Below are positions 1 through 12,989 of a DNA stretch of 29,878 nt, in pieces. The translations under genes were made by a program, and so were the position numbers. Source of the DNA: Octopus sinensis. Taxonomy: Eukaryota. The first letter of the stretch is position 1. Each line of letters opens with the position of its first letter. The notes under the pieces were generated by a model. That model did not search any database. It saw only the letters and a list, made by a program, of their open reading frames with translations, and was not told where the DNA came from. The DNA is taken from positions 1-29,878 of the forward strand of contig NW_021827598.1 in NCBI RefSeq assembly GCF_006345805.1, written 5' to 3'.

Positions 1-516
1 GGATAGAAATTATATATATTATATATATATAAATACATAACAAGAATATTATTTGTCTCTTCCAATAGAAACATAAGGGTTTATAGGATTGCAAAAGAAG
101 TGCTCAAATTCAAATGAGACGAATATAAAAGACTTTTTTCCAATATTCTTTCAAATATTTGAAAAAAAAAATTTTTTAGGAATTTGAAAAAAGATTTCAA
201 TCTTCTGATAAAACTTTTTTCAGTCGGTGGATATGTATTTTATTTTTATTTTTACCTTTACTTCTTTTATATTTGTCAATTAGGTTCTTTGGTACTTTTT
301 GAATTTTTAACCGTTTATATTTAGCATTTTTCTTTGGCCGTTCTATTTGTATTTTATTGGATTATATACTTTTACCTTCTGTGATTTAATGTATATGTAT
401 TATGTTTGTGTGTTTGTGAACCATGGTAATTTTTTTATACGATTAAATGTTTGAAAGGTGGTGTTGTGTTTAAAGTTGTTGACCCAAATTTAATATTTGC
501 TCTATAACCAATGCTT

Positions 517-520
<4 letters not shown>

Positions 521-563
<43 letters not shown>

Positions 564-742
564 ATATATATATTATCCTATCTATATATAATATATAGTA
601 TGTATGTATATATGTATATATAGGTGTATATATATATATATAAACACATATATATACATATATACATACATACATATATATCCTATATATATAATATATA
701 TATATTTCTATATATGTATATATATATATATATTATATATAT
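521..742. repeat. Compound (TA)n/(TATG)n/(TACA)n microsatellite
   Basis: Direct reading; explains ORF 624..818 (YIYI...). Confidence 0.95.
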
Positions 743-1574
743 AAGAAATTTAACATTGAGTTCTATAATCTGTTTTTTTTGTTTTGTCCTAATTTCTATA
801 AACTTTGTAGTTTTGTAGTAAAATAGATAAATTTAACAAAATAAAGTTTGCAAACTCAAGTGAAACACCAAATATACAAAGGTAGCTGAATCTTGTAAAC
901 TTAGCTGAACAATGGCCTTAAATATATATGTAGCTATTAGTGGCAGTGTATATATATTAAGTGCTACCATAATTGTATGTGTGTGTGTGTCTGTACCTCT
1001 GTATGCTTGTGTGTGTACATTTGTCATACGATGTTGAATCTTGTATTCATATTATATTATTCCGTTGTCAATTGTATCATAAACTAATAAATATTATTAA
1101 ATATGACAAATTTAAGAGATGTGTTGTTGTTGTTGTTGTTGTGGTGGTGGTGGTGGTTGTTGCTCTTATGGTATCTGTAGTTGTTGTAATTATTGTTGTC
1201 AACACCTTCGTGGATCTGCTAAACAAATGTTCGGAGATAAATTCAATTTTAATGATTATATTTAAACCACGTTTCCTTCCGAATATTTTACCTCGGCTCA
1301 TTATCAGGTGTTACTGGCGATTTTATTGAGCCAGCTTCATACTTTCGCCTACTTTATGCCATTGATATCATGCTAAGTTTACAAACAAAAGTCCTGAGTT
1401 CGAAGACACTCAGAAACCAAATAAACGATGTTGAATAAATCATTTCTTGGCAATATGAATTCAAACAGAACGATATGTAATTTAAATGCAGCAATATTTC
1501 TGCATTGAAAATGAGGTTAGTAACTCGGAGATACATAAGTGTGAATGACTGAAAATGAATGAAAGTTTATGAAT

Positions 1575-1612
1575 GTATATTATATAATATATATATATAT
1601 ATATCTATAATA

Positions 1613-1651
<39 letters not shown>

Positions 1652-1690
1652 ACACACACACATATATGTATTTGCATACACATATACATA

Positions 1691-1726
<36 letters not shown>

Positions 1727-1737
1727 TATATATATAT
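1575..1737. repeat. (TA)n microsatellite with CA interruptions
   Basis: Direct reading. Confidence 0.95.
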
Positions 1738-1756
1738 TGTATTGAAGCATATTTCG

Positions 1757-2012
1757 TTGTGTCTGGAAAGAGACATTCTGTTTAAATGCCTTATTTATTT
1801 ACACACTCAGTGGTTCAATTTCCACTCATGTATTTATTTAATTTTTTTTCTTTTCTAAAGTTTTCGTTGCTTCTAACGAGCTCACTCCGTCTCTTTGAAA
1901 ATTTTAGAGAAAAAAATTAAGTAAATAAGTAAATGAGTGATGAGTGGGAAGGGAACCGGTGTTTGGGTTAATTAAGATGGCATTAAAACAGAATGACTCT
2001 CCCCAGACACAA
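1757..2012. repeat. Diverged inverted repeat (~110-bp arms, ~30-bp spacer) next to (TA)n; possibly an old Penelope-like terminus pair
   Basis: Left arm TTGTGTCTGGAAAGAGACATTCTGTTTAAATGCC... (1757-1865) matches the reverse complement of ...GGCATTAAAACAGAATGACTCTCCCCAGACACAA (1897-2012). The inner halves align with gaps. Confidence 0.75.
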
Positions 2013-2544
2013 CAATATATCTATATACATATATATGTATAAACATGTATATATACCTATGTGTGTATGTGTGTGTATGTGCGTGTATAATGTTATTCTG
2101 GTGTTTTTCTGGACATTAACTCTATTAAACAGACAGGACAAACTGGTTAGTTTAAACAGAGTATTTTCCTTAACGGTAGAGATATAACGGAAATATTTAT
2201 TTTGGAACCAGTTTTTTTGCTGAGAAAATACTGAAAATATTTTAAGTCGCAGAATGATACGGATGCTTAATTCAAAGCTGAGTACTAGGTCGAAATAAAA
2301 GACCAAAATCTAAATCACCAGCTTCGTCATCAACTACTCCTGGGATTCTACTACTCCTGGGATGTATCCCTTCATCAGAGACGGTGGGAGAAAATGTTTA
2401 CGTAATTGTCATTATAGAGAAGATATGAAATACAGAGTGAAGTGGACGAATGTAAACAGACGTGAGATACGTAAGGATATTGTATATGCAGTTCCATTAT
2501 TTAAGCAGAATGGTTTGTATATATAAGTCTCCAGTACTTTGTGT

Positions 2545-2650
2545 GTATAGATAGATAAATAGATAGATAGATAAGTTTCTTTATTGGCCACATAGGGCTG
2601 CACAGGTACGTAGGTAGATAGATAGATAGATAGGTAGATAGATAGATAGG

Positions 2651-2682
<32 letters not shown>

Positions 2683-2719
2683 CAGACAGATAGACAGACA
2701 GACAGACAGACGGACAGAC

Positions 2720-2771
<52 letters not shown>

Positions 2772-2816
2772 TGACAGACAGACAGACAGACAGACAGATA
2801 GATAGATAGATAGATC

Positions 2817-2866
<50 letters not shown>

Positions 2867-2935
2867 GTAGGTAGGTAGATAGATAGATAGATGATAGATA
2901 GATAGTAGATAGATAGATAGAGAGATAGATAGATA
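2545..2935. repeat. (GATA)n/(GACA)n tetranucleotide array
   Basis: Direct reading; explains ORF 2412..3071 (SIYL repeats). Confidence 0.95.
2575..2604 (-). mobile_element. ~30-bp extreme 3' end of a non-LTR retrotransposon inside (GATA)n
   Basis: GTTTCTTTATTGGCCACATAGGGCTGCACA aligns with 2937-2964. The minus strand reads ...GCCAATAAAGAAAC followed by (TATC)n. Confidence 0.6.
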
Positions 2936-2936
2936 T

Positions 2937-3260
2937 GTTCTTTATTAGCCCACAGGGCTGCACACAGATAGAACAAATTACAGGGTAGAGCTTTTCTTTG
3001 AAGTTAAAAAAAAAAAAAAGGAAGGGGGAGTTTCGATCAAAAGGGAAAGTTAAAAGGAGAGAAGAGGACAAAAAAAAGGGGGGTTAAAAAAAAAAGGGGG
3101 AGAGGAAAAAAAAAAATGATCAATAGGATCGTTATCACAGAAATGTCAATATGAAGTGTAAAGGGGAGGACAGGTGAGGTTTACCGTGGAAGAAAAGCTA
3201 CGGAAAAGACCACGTAACCTCGGTCAATGGAGTCACATGTTTATTTCTTTTTTTTTTTTG
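2937..3260 (-). mobile_element. 3' UTR fragment of a LINE (L1/Tx1-like by architecture), 5'-truncated
   Basis: Minus strand shows a T/C-rich UTR, then ...CAGCCCTGTGGGCTAATAAAGAAC and a (TATC)n tail. A second copy of the terminus is at 2575-2604. No ORF remains; clade assignment is inference. Confidence 0.55.
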
Positions 3261-4039
3261 CGAATAAGCAATTCTCTGTTTTCATAGATAGATAGATAGA
3301 TAGATAGATAGATGTATTACTAACACTAAACTTAGAACTTTCAGTACACACCGATTAACAAACCAATAGCTTTCACCACACGATTAACTCTGAATATGTT
3401 TTCCAATGTGACTTGATTTTCTTTTAAAATCGTTGAACATACTGACATAGAGATGTGGCTGTTATTTCTAGTAACGCCGACCGATAAAACAGACGCTTTT
3501 ACATCCGCTCCACGTATGTCACACACGAAGGCGCGAAATGTAAAGATATAAATTTAAGTAGTACTAAACTTAATTATAACTTTCAACACACATGGATTAA
3601 CAAAACATCCATTACGCCTATGCAAACATAATTAACCTTAGTCACTTTGTGCGAAAGCAACATTAAATTTCTCGGTGTTGCCGTAAGTTTATTAGGCTTA
3701 TATGCCTAAATGAGAGCGCATGACACTTTCAAACCGGCCATATCATATTTGACTCTCCCATACGTTATCATAAGATATCATATGATGTTATAGTACATGC
3801 GGGTATTTCTAAAGAATTATTGCCATAAATGTCGAAATGTCTAAGACGAGTGGTTGCTCATAAGATGTTAATTTTCCTGGCTATTAAATTCTTCTGCAAA
3901 GTAGACGTTTACAATATTCATATCTACACTTCATTTTATCAGACTCAATATGTGACCAGCAAAATTATTATTCCAAGATGTTTCCATGGTTCTCGATTGG
4001 ATACCAGTTCCGATTATTAGTTATTGAACTGCATAAAAT

Positions 4040-4200
4040 GGCGCGGACGTGGCTGTGTGGTAAGAAGTTTGCTTTCCTACTGCGTGGTTCCTAGTTCAGT
4101 CCCACTGCGTGGAACCTTGGACAAGTGTATTTTATATGGTCTCGTGTTGACGAAAGCCTTGAGAGTAATTTGGCTGAGTGAAACTGAAAGATCATCGTAT
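4040..4200 (+). mobile_element. tRNA-derived SINE family B, diverged 5' part
   Basis: GGCGCGGACGTGGCTGTGTGGTAAGAAG...AGTTCAGTCCCACTGCGTGG with A-box-like TGGCTGTGTGG and a B-box-like motif. Homologous to the minus copies at 13498-13762, 23521-23683 and 23882-24290. Confidence 0.85.
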
Positions 4201-5814
4201 ATAAATATATATGTGTGCGTGTGAGTGTATGTGTGTGCATGCGTGTATACTTCTGTGCGTGCGTGTGTACGCGAGCGCGAGTGTGTCTGTTCTGTTTAGT
4301 AAAAGAGAATCGGAACGTCCACTTTGGATTTTAGCTCAAATAGTATACCGATATTCTTCTGACAGCATTGATACCATTTATAAGAATGATTTAGCTTAAA
4401 TTCTAATGAAATAGAATTTGTCTTTTACTAAACATTTTGCCGGTATTTTAATCTAAAGCTTTTTCAAATGTGTAAATAAATTTAAATCTAACCTGGCTAG
4501 CATTTGAACAAATAAATGTTTTGTTTACCGATTCCTGTATCGGAACAAGAATTTACCGATTGAGTCAGAATGTTCAAAATATTCGTCACTGAGGAGACCA
4601 AATGAAGTCGAAACCTTGTTTCTGGTAACTCATCGATACTCCGAGCGAAAAGCCGTGTGAAATTTTTACAGCGTTTATATCTGTATTACACCACGGTATT
4701 TTCATTTATTTCTCGTGTTATATTCATCGGTGTAATAATTTATGCAACTAAAAGAAGTGATGTGTGCAATGTTGATAGCTTACGGTCAGTAATATTTTAA
4801 GACCATATTGTAATACATAATCGTATAGTGGTGTTTGTATATTAATATTTTTTCTTATTCTATAACCAAGGAACACAACAAAGCCCTCGTGAGAGGTGAA
4901 TTGAAATAAGGGTATTCGTGTGTGAAAGAGGTGAATGAGAGCGTAGGATGTTATAGTGTAGGAAATGAGAAAGTAAGATGTGGAGAATAAGGATTAAATA
5001 AGTGAGACCCAGAGTAAGGAGTTAATATTCACAACATTATACAATACGCTACAGGAATTTTATACAAAGGGGATTTTATGGCTCAGAATACAGCGCAGAT
5101 TGCAGTTGGAAATCGTAGATATAATTCCTATTATTATGCAGTTTGTATTATAGAGAGATAACACATTGCGTTATTCAATATAACTTTTCATATGATAATG
5201 CTGAACTTATATCGCATTATTGTCAACATTTCCTAATTTAATACGGTTTCATATTCACAGCACTATCTACCTTTATACTATGCGCTTTAAAATCAGTTAC
5301 ATTATTTCTGAATAAAGTTGTTTCTGGAAAAACGTCACCAATGAGAGACAGGACATTCATCTTTAAGAATTGGTTTCTCAGCAAGAAAATGCTTTACTTC
5401 GTAAAACTTCCACAATCAGATCTGAATTTCACCTTCTTGTAAAATCCTAACATGATTAGCGTCATTACTTGTGTATTAGTTTAAAAATAAAATGTTGAAC
5501 TTTACAGTTTTCATGTTCTTTACTCCTAGTCATGTTCAGTGGTTTGTATACCATTCATGAATACCTAATATGTGTATTGAGTAAGAAAAGAAAATACATA
5601 TAGCGGGTGTGTATTGTAACTTTCTAATTCTATCATGACATTGCAGCCGGAGGCTGAAATCTTACCTTTATGATGGTATAATTTTTAAAAAAATATTATT
5701 AAAAATTAATTTTTAAAACTACATTCAGGTTATATGTATATATTATGAAATATTAATGGATATTTGTCCTGGTTTGGTTTTCATTCACCAACCTGTCCCA
5801 TTGTATAAATCCAA

Positions 5815-5885
5815 ATACAAAAATACTCTAAAATCCGAATGCAGTACTTCCGGTCCCAGACGTTTTGGTTAAGGAATTCTTAGTC
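5815..5885. mobile_element. Possible Tc1/pogo (Tigger-like) terminal remnant
   Basis: CTCTAAAATCCGAA...ACTTCCGGTCCCAGACGTTTTGGTTAAGGAAT resembles Tigger-type 3' ends as remembered. No partner TIR was found in the window. Confidence 0.25.
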
Positions 5886-6302
5886 TAAGATTATGTTAAC
5901 ATTTCCCCTATAATAATGGCTAGTAGTTGATTTTCAAAATGTCGAATCTCTTAAGTATTGTGCCGCCTCATGTCCCAAACTCGTGTTCGTATCAGAGCCG
6001 TATTACATCCGATTTTCTTGTTGTGCAATCCTTTCTTTTTGAGTTACATATTATTCATATCTGGCAATAGTTCTTTGTCTTTCTATTTTCGTTTCATCTT
6101 GAAGAAACTCTTTGTCTCCTATCCCAAAAAATTTGATTCCTTTTCTCCTTCAATCTTCTTACAATCATGTTTTTATTCTATGACTAATCTCCTCTATTCC
6201 CCTCCCTCTTTATTCTTCCCTTTATTTTCCACATTCCAGGTTGCTCTCTCATTCCTTTCTCTCTCTCTCTCTCTCTCTTATCTTATTACTAATAACTGAC
6301 CA

Positions 6303-6520
6303 GGACAGCGAGCTGGCAGGAATACTCAGCACGTCGGACAAAATGCTTAGAAGCATTTCTTCCAGTCTTAGGTCCCGAGTTCAAATTCCGCCGATGTCGA
6401 CTTTGTCCTTCATCTTTTCGGAGTCGATAACACAAAGTGCTTACTGAGCAGTAAAGTTGATTAATCAAATCAGCACCCCACCCTCTACCAATTACTCAGG
6501 CCCTGTGCCTAAAATAAAAA
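6303..6520 (+). mobile_element. tRNA-derived SINE family A, diverged full-length copy
   Basis: GGACAGCGAGCTGGCAG head; GAGTTCAAATTCCGCCGA(T)GTCGACTTTG core shared with many copies in the window; GGCCCTGTGCCTAAAAT tail. Confidence 0.85.
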
Positions 6521-6522
6521 AG

Positions 6523-6636
6523 TCACATCAGGATCACTCCGTCGGTTACGACAACGAGGGTTCCAGCAGATCCGATCAACGGAACAGCTTGCTCGTGAAA
6601 TTAACGTCCTTGTGGCTGAGCACTCCACAGACATAC
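6523..6636 (-). mobile_element. 3' tail fragment of another octopus-type SINE/LINE-tail family
   Basis: Minus strand reads ...GTGGAGTGCTCAGCCACAAGGACGTTAATTTCACGAGCAAGCTGTTCCGTTGATCGGATCTGCTGGAACCCTCGTTGTCGTAACCGACGGAGTG. Recognised from memory as a common octopus retroposon end; single copy in this window. Confidence 0.55.
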
Positions 6637-6865
6637 ACGCACATTCAAACATAAACGCACATGCGCATCTGCAGGCGCGCGAATACAAGAATATCCACAT
6701 ACAACCACATCCTCACTATATTGCAAATTTTGTTTTTATTTTATTTTATTTTATTTTATTTTATTTTATTTATTTCTACGAGTGTGTGCATTTCCAAGAC
6801 ATGGACATACACGCGCGCGCGCATTCACATAAAACCATAGACACAAACAGCTACAGACACATCCA

Positions 6866-7006
6866 CACAAACACCTACAGACACACACATACACAGGCTC
6901 ATTCACATAGACCCAAACACAGAGTGACACATTCCTATACACACACAAACTCAGAAACGCCTGCAGAGGTTCACTCACACAAACATACAGACACAATCTC
7001 TCTCTG

Positions 7007-7042
<36 letters not shown>

Positions 7043-7225
7043 CCACACACACAAACACGCACATGCACACACACAAACACACAAACACCTACAGACACAT
7101 CCACACACACACACATACACAGGCCCATTCACATACACTCAAACACAGACTGACACATTCCTACACACACACTCACACACACACACAAACACAGAAACAC
7201 CAGCAGACACATTCACACACCACAC
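6866..7225. repeat. Two diverged copies (~214-bp spacing) of a CA-rich cryptic unit
   Basis: CACAAACACCTACAGACACA...CATACACAGGC(T/C)CATTCACATA...TGACACATTCCTA...CAGAAAC starts at 6866 and again at 7080. Confidence 0.75.
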
Positions 7226-8735
7226 ACAAACATAGACACACACAAACACCACACACACCACAACATAGACACAACGCAACACAACACACCACACCACACA
7301 CACACACAAACATAATACACACACAACACAAACCACACCACACACAAACATATACACACCACAAACACACACACACACACACACAAACATAGACACACAC
7401 AAACCACACACACACACACACACCAAACATATACCCACACCAAACACAACACACACACACAAACATAGACACACAAACACACCACACCCACCACAGACAT
7501 AGACAACACACACACACACACACACAACCCAAACATACAACACACACAACACACACAAACACACACAAACATACACAACAACCACAAACAACACACACAA
7601 ACACACACAAATATAACACACACAACACACACACACCACACACCACACAAGACAAACAAACCACAACACACACACACAACCAAACACACAACATAGACAC
7701 ACACAACCACACACACACACACACACACAAACATAGACACCACAAACACACACACACACACACACACAAACATAGACACACACACACACACAACATAGAC
7801 ACACTCAACACCACCACACACCAACACAAACATAGACACACACAAACACACACACACACACACACACAAACATAGACAACACACACAAACACCACACACA
7901 CAACAAACATAGACACACACAAACACACACACACACCACACATAACACAACACACAACACACACAGAAACATAGACCACACAAACACATACACACACACA
8001 CACAAACATAGACACACACAAACACACACAGCACACCCAACATATACAACACACAACACACCCACCACCAACATAGCACACACAAACACACACACACACA
8101 AACATAGCCACACACAAACACACCAACACCACACAAACATAGACACACACAAACACACACACACACACAAACATAACACACCACACACACACACACACAA
8201 CATAGACACACACAAACCACACACACCACAAACATAGACAACACAAACACACACACCACACACAAACATATACACACACACAACACCACACACACACACA
8301 ACATATCACACACAAACACACACACCACACAACACAAACTAGGCACACACAAACACACACACACACACAAACATAGACACAACAACACACCACCCACACC
8401 AACATAGACACACACCAACCACACACACACACACACACAAACATATAGCAACACACAAACACACACACACACACAACATAGACACACAACCAACCCCACC
8501 CACACACACAACATATACACACACACAAACACACACACCACACACAAAACACACTTACACAAACATGACAAACACACAAACACACACCACACACAACACA
8601 CAAACATAACAACACCACCACACCACACACACACACAAACATAGCACACAAACCACCACACACACACACACAACACAACACACACAAACATAGACACATA
8701 CACACAAACACACACACACACACACACAAACATAG

Positions 8736-8766
<31 letters not shown>

Positions 8767-10827
8767 TGACACACACAACACAAACACACCACCACACACC
8801 AACATAGACACACACAAACACTCACACACACACACCACAAACATAGACACACACAAACAACACCACACACACAAACATAGACACACACGAACACACACAA
8901 CCACACACACACACAGACATAACACCCACCAACACATACACAAACAAACCACACAAACACACACACACCAACATAGACACACACAACACACACACACACA
9001 CACCACACAAACATAGACCACCAACACACCACACACACACACCACAAACATAGACCACACACGAACACACACCACACACACACACAGACATAGACACCCC
9101 AAACACATACACACACACACACACAAACATAGACACACAAACACACACACACACACCAAACATAGACACACACAAACACACCACACACACACAACATAGG
9201 CACACACAAACACACACACACACAACATATACACACACAAACACACACACACACCACAAACATAGACACACACAAACACACACAGACACACAACATATAC
9301 ACATACAAACACCACACACACACACACAACACAGCAACACCACACACACACAAACACACACAAACCACACACAACATACACACACACCACACACACACAC
9401 ACCACAATAGACACACACAACACACACACACACACACACAAACATAGACACACACAAACACACACACACACACACAAACATAGACACACACACAAACACA
9501 CACACACACACAAACATAGACACACACACACCACACACCACACAAACATATACACACACACAAACACACACACACACACAACACACAACATAGACACACA
9601 CAACACACACACACACACACAACATAGACACACACAAACACCACACACACACACACAAACATAGGCACACACAAACACACACACACACGCACACAAACAT
9701 AGACACACACAACACAACACCACCACACACACAACACAAACATCAACACACGAACACACAACACACACACACAAAACCATATACACACCACACAAACACA
9801 CACACACACACACACACAACACAAACACACACACACAAACACACAACACACACACAACATAGACACCACACAAACACACACACACCACACACACAAACAT
9901 AGACAACACACAACACAAACACCACACACACAAACATAGACACACACAAACACACACACACACACAACATAACACACCACACACACACACACAGAAACAT
10001 AGACACACACAAACACATACACACACACACACACACAAACATAGACACACACAAACACACCACACACCACAAACATAGACACACACAAACACACACACAC
10101 ACAAACATAGCACACACAAACACACACACCACAAACATAGACACACACAAACACACACACACCACACAAACATAACACCCAACACACACACCACACACCT
10201 AGACACATACAACACACACACACACAACACACACACACACACAAACACACACACCCACACACAAACATACACACACACAACACACACACACACACACAAA
10301 CTAGACACACACAAACACACACACACACACACACAACATACACACACAACACAACCACACACCACACACAAACATAGACACACACAAACACACACACACA
10401 CACAAACATAGACACACACACACACACACACACACAAACATAGACACACACAACACACACACACACACACACACAAACATAGACACACACAAACACACAC
10501 ACACACACACAAACATAGACACACACAAACACACACACACACACACAAACATAGACACACACAAACACACACACACACACAAACATATAACACACACAAA
10601 ACACACACACCCACACACCACACACATAGACATACACGAACACACAACCACACACCAAAAACATAGACACACACAACACACACACCACACACACACCAAA
10701 CATAGAACACCACAACACACACACACACAAACATAGACACACACAAACACACACACACACACACAACACAACACAACACACAAACATAGACCACACAAAC
10801 ACACACACACACACACACACAACATAG

Positions 10828-10860
<33 letters not shown>

Positions 10861-11594
10861 TAGACACACACAAACACACAACACACACACACAACACACA
10901 CACACACACACATAGACACACACAAACACACACACACACACCACCAAACATAGACACACACACCCACAACACACACACCACAAACATAGACACACACAAC
11001 ACCACACACACACACACCAAACATAGACACACACAAACACACACACACACACACACACAAACATAGACCACACAAACACACACACACACACAAACATAGA
11101 CACACACGAACACACACACACACACACACATAGACACACACAAACACATACACACACACACACACAAACATAGACACACACAAAACACACAACACCCACA
11201 AACATAGACACCACACACACACACACACACACACACAAACATAGACACACACGAACACACACACACACACACACCAACATAGACACACACAACCACATAC
11301 CACACACACACACACAAACATAGACACACACAACACAACCACACACACACACACACCCAGACATAGAACCACAAACACATACACACACACACAAACATAG
11401 ACACACCAAACACACACACACACAAACATAGACACACACAAACACACACACACACAACAACACACCACACATAGACACAACACCCGACCACACCACACCA
11501 CACACAAACATAGACACACACAAACACATACACACACACACACAAACATAGACACACACAAACACACACACACACACACAAACATAGACACACA

Positions 11595-11630
<36 letters not shown>

Positions 11631-11909
11631 TAGACACACACAAACACACACACACACACACACACAAACATAGACACACACGAACACACACACACACACA
11701 CACACAAACATAGACACACACAAACACACACACACACACACACACAAACATAGACACACACAAACCACACACACACACACACAACATAGACACACACAAA
11801 CACACACACACACACACAAACATAGACACACACAACACACACACACACACACACACAAACATAGACACACACAAACACACACACACACACACAACATAGA
11901 CACACACAA

Positions 11910-11940
<31 letters not shown>

Positions 11941-12044
11941 TAGACACACACAAACACACACACACACACAAACATAGACACACACAAACACACACACTCA
12001 CACACACAAACACAGACACACACAAACACACACACACACACACA
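7226..12044. repeat. ~4.8-kb minisatellite, unit AAACATAGACACACACAAAC(AC)n (about 28-46 bp)
   Basis: The anchor AAACATAGAC recurs throughout. Units are clean at ~10370-10590 and 11500-11990 and indel-noisy elsewhere. It explains all the Cys/Val and His/Thr ORFs, including the 1644-aa and 1594-aa ones. Confidence 0.97.
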
Positions 12045-12101
12045 CACCCGTATCCCGAGTCTAGCACACACACACACACACACCCGTATCCTGAGTCTAG
12101 C
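12045..12101. repeat. 21-bp direct repeat CACCCGTATCC(C/T)GAGTCTAGC x2 at the satellite's right boundary
   Basis: Copies at 12045-12065 and 12081-12101, separated by (AC)n. Confidence 0.85.
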
Positions 12102-12339
12102 TCCCAATTATTGCTTTCCTTCAATTCCCAAGAAACACCCTAGACACGACTCATAAACATTCCGTAGACCTGATTTACATACACCAAAACCGGCCGAAAC
12201 CGGCCAAAACACTCTTCTTGATTTATGTTAAAACTGGTTTGATCTCGATTCTCACAGCTACCTACAATGCTACTCCGAAAATAACCAATCAAGTCATCGA
12301 AGTCTCAAATCTAAAAGATAATGTAAAATTATTTTCTAC

Positions 12340-12741
12340 TCTAGGCACAAGCCAAAATTTTGGGGGAGGGGGCTAGTCAATTAGATCGTCCCCAGTAGGC
12401 AACTGGTACTTAATTTATCGAAGGCGGCGAGCTGGCAGAATGGTTAGCAACGCCGGGCGAAATGCGTAGCCGTATTTCGTCTGCCGTTACGTTCTGAGTT
12501 CAAATTCCGCCAAGGTCGACTTTGCCTTTCATCCTTTCCAGGTCGATTAAATAAGTACCAGTTACGCACTGGGGTCGATATAATCGACTTAATCTGTTTG
12601 TCTGTCCTTGTTTGTCCTCTCTGTGTTTAGCCCCTTGTGGGTAGTAAAGAAATAGGTACTTAATTTATCGATACCGAGAGGATGAAAGGAAAAGTTAACC
12701 TCCGCGGAACTTGAACTCAGCATGTAAAGACAGACGAAGTA
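12340..12741 (-). mobile_element. Older family A SINE split by a younger insertion
   Basis: The 3' part (CTAGGCACAAG...CCCCAGTAGGCAACTGGTACTTAATTTATCG) lies at 12340-12421. It continues (GGTACTTAATTTATCGATACCGAGAGGATGAAAGG...GAACTTGAACTCAG...AGACAGACGAA) at 12655-12741. Confidence 0.8.
12423..12654 (+). mobile_element. Young full-length tRNA-derived SINE family A with 17-bp TSD
   Basis: GGCGGCGAGCTGGCAGAA...GAGTTCAAATTCCGCC...CCCCTTGTGGGTAGTAAAGAAATA. TSD GGTACTTAATTTATCGA at 12405-12421 and 12655-12671. Near-identical to 20692-20921. Confidence 0.93.
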
Positions 12742-12989
12742 CCTATTTCTTTACTACCCACAAGAGGCTAAACACAGAGAGGACAAACAAGGACAGACAG
12801 ACGGATTAAGTCGATTATATCGACCCCAGTGCGTAACTGGTACTTAATTTATCGACCCCGTAAGGATGAAAGGTAAAGTCGATCTCGGTGGAATTTGATC
12901 TCGGTGGAATTTGAACTCAGAACGTAACGGCGGACCAAAAACCACAAAGCATTTCGCCCGGATGCTAACGTTTCTGCCAGCTCATTGCC
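12742..12989 (-). mobile_element. Full-length family A SINE with an internal 16-bp tandem duplication
   Basis: Reverse complement of the 12423-12654 type. GATCTCGGTGGAATTT is duplicated at 12881-12896 and 12897-12912. Confidence 0.92.

Noticed and set aside
60-230. Penelope GIY-YIG C-terminal remnant
   Set aside because: The resemblance is compositional only (AT-rich, FFPIFFQ), the frames contain stops, and no diagnostic motif is present.
2333-2380. Hammerhead on the minus strand (CTGATGA-A-GGGAT-AC-ATCCC)
   Set aside because: Core and stem II are present, but GAAA is replaced by AGGAG at a 14-bp duplicated motif (ACTACTCCTGGGAT at 2333 and 2350). At best this is a disrupted half-ribozyme.
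4380-5950. Exon in the longest unique stretch (for example MNVLSLIGDVFPETT... on the minus strand near 5360)
   Set aside because: Only short frames are present, with no convincing acceptor/donor pair or homology. It could still be regulatory or UTR sequence.
7226-12044. CRISPR-like array (constant anchor plus variable spacer)
   Set aside because: The 'spacers' are only (AC)n, the context is eukaryotic, and there are no cas genes.
7173-12124. ORFs of 1644, 1594 and 607 aa (Cys/Val-rich) as giant cysteine-rich proteins
   Set aside because: They are translations of (TG)n-based satellite that lacks stop codons by composition, and overlapping frames are all open.
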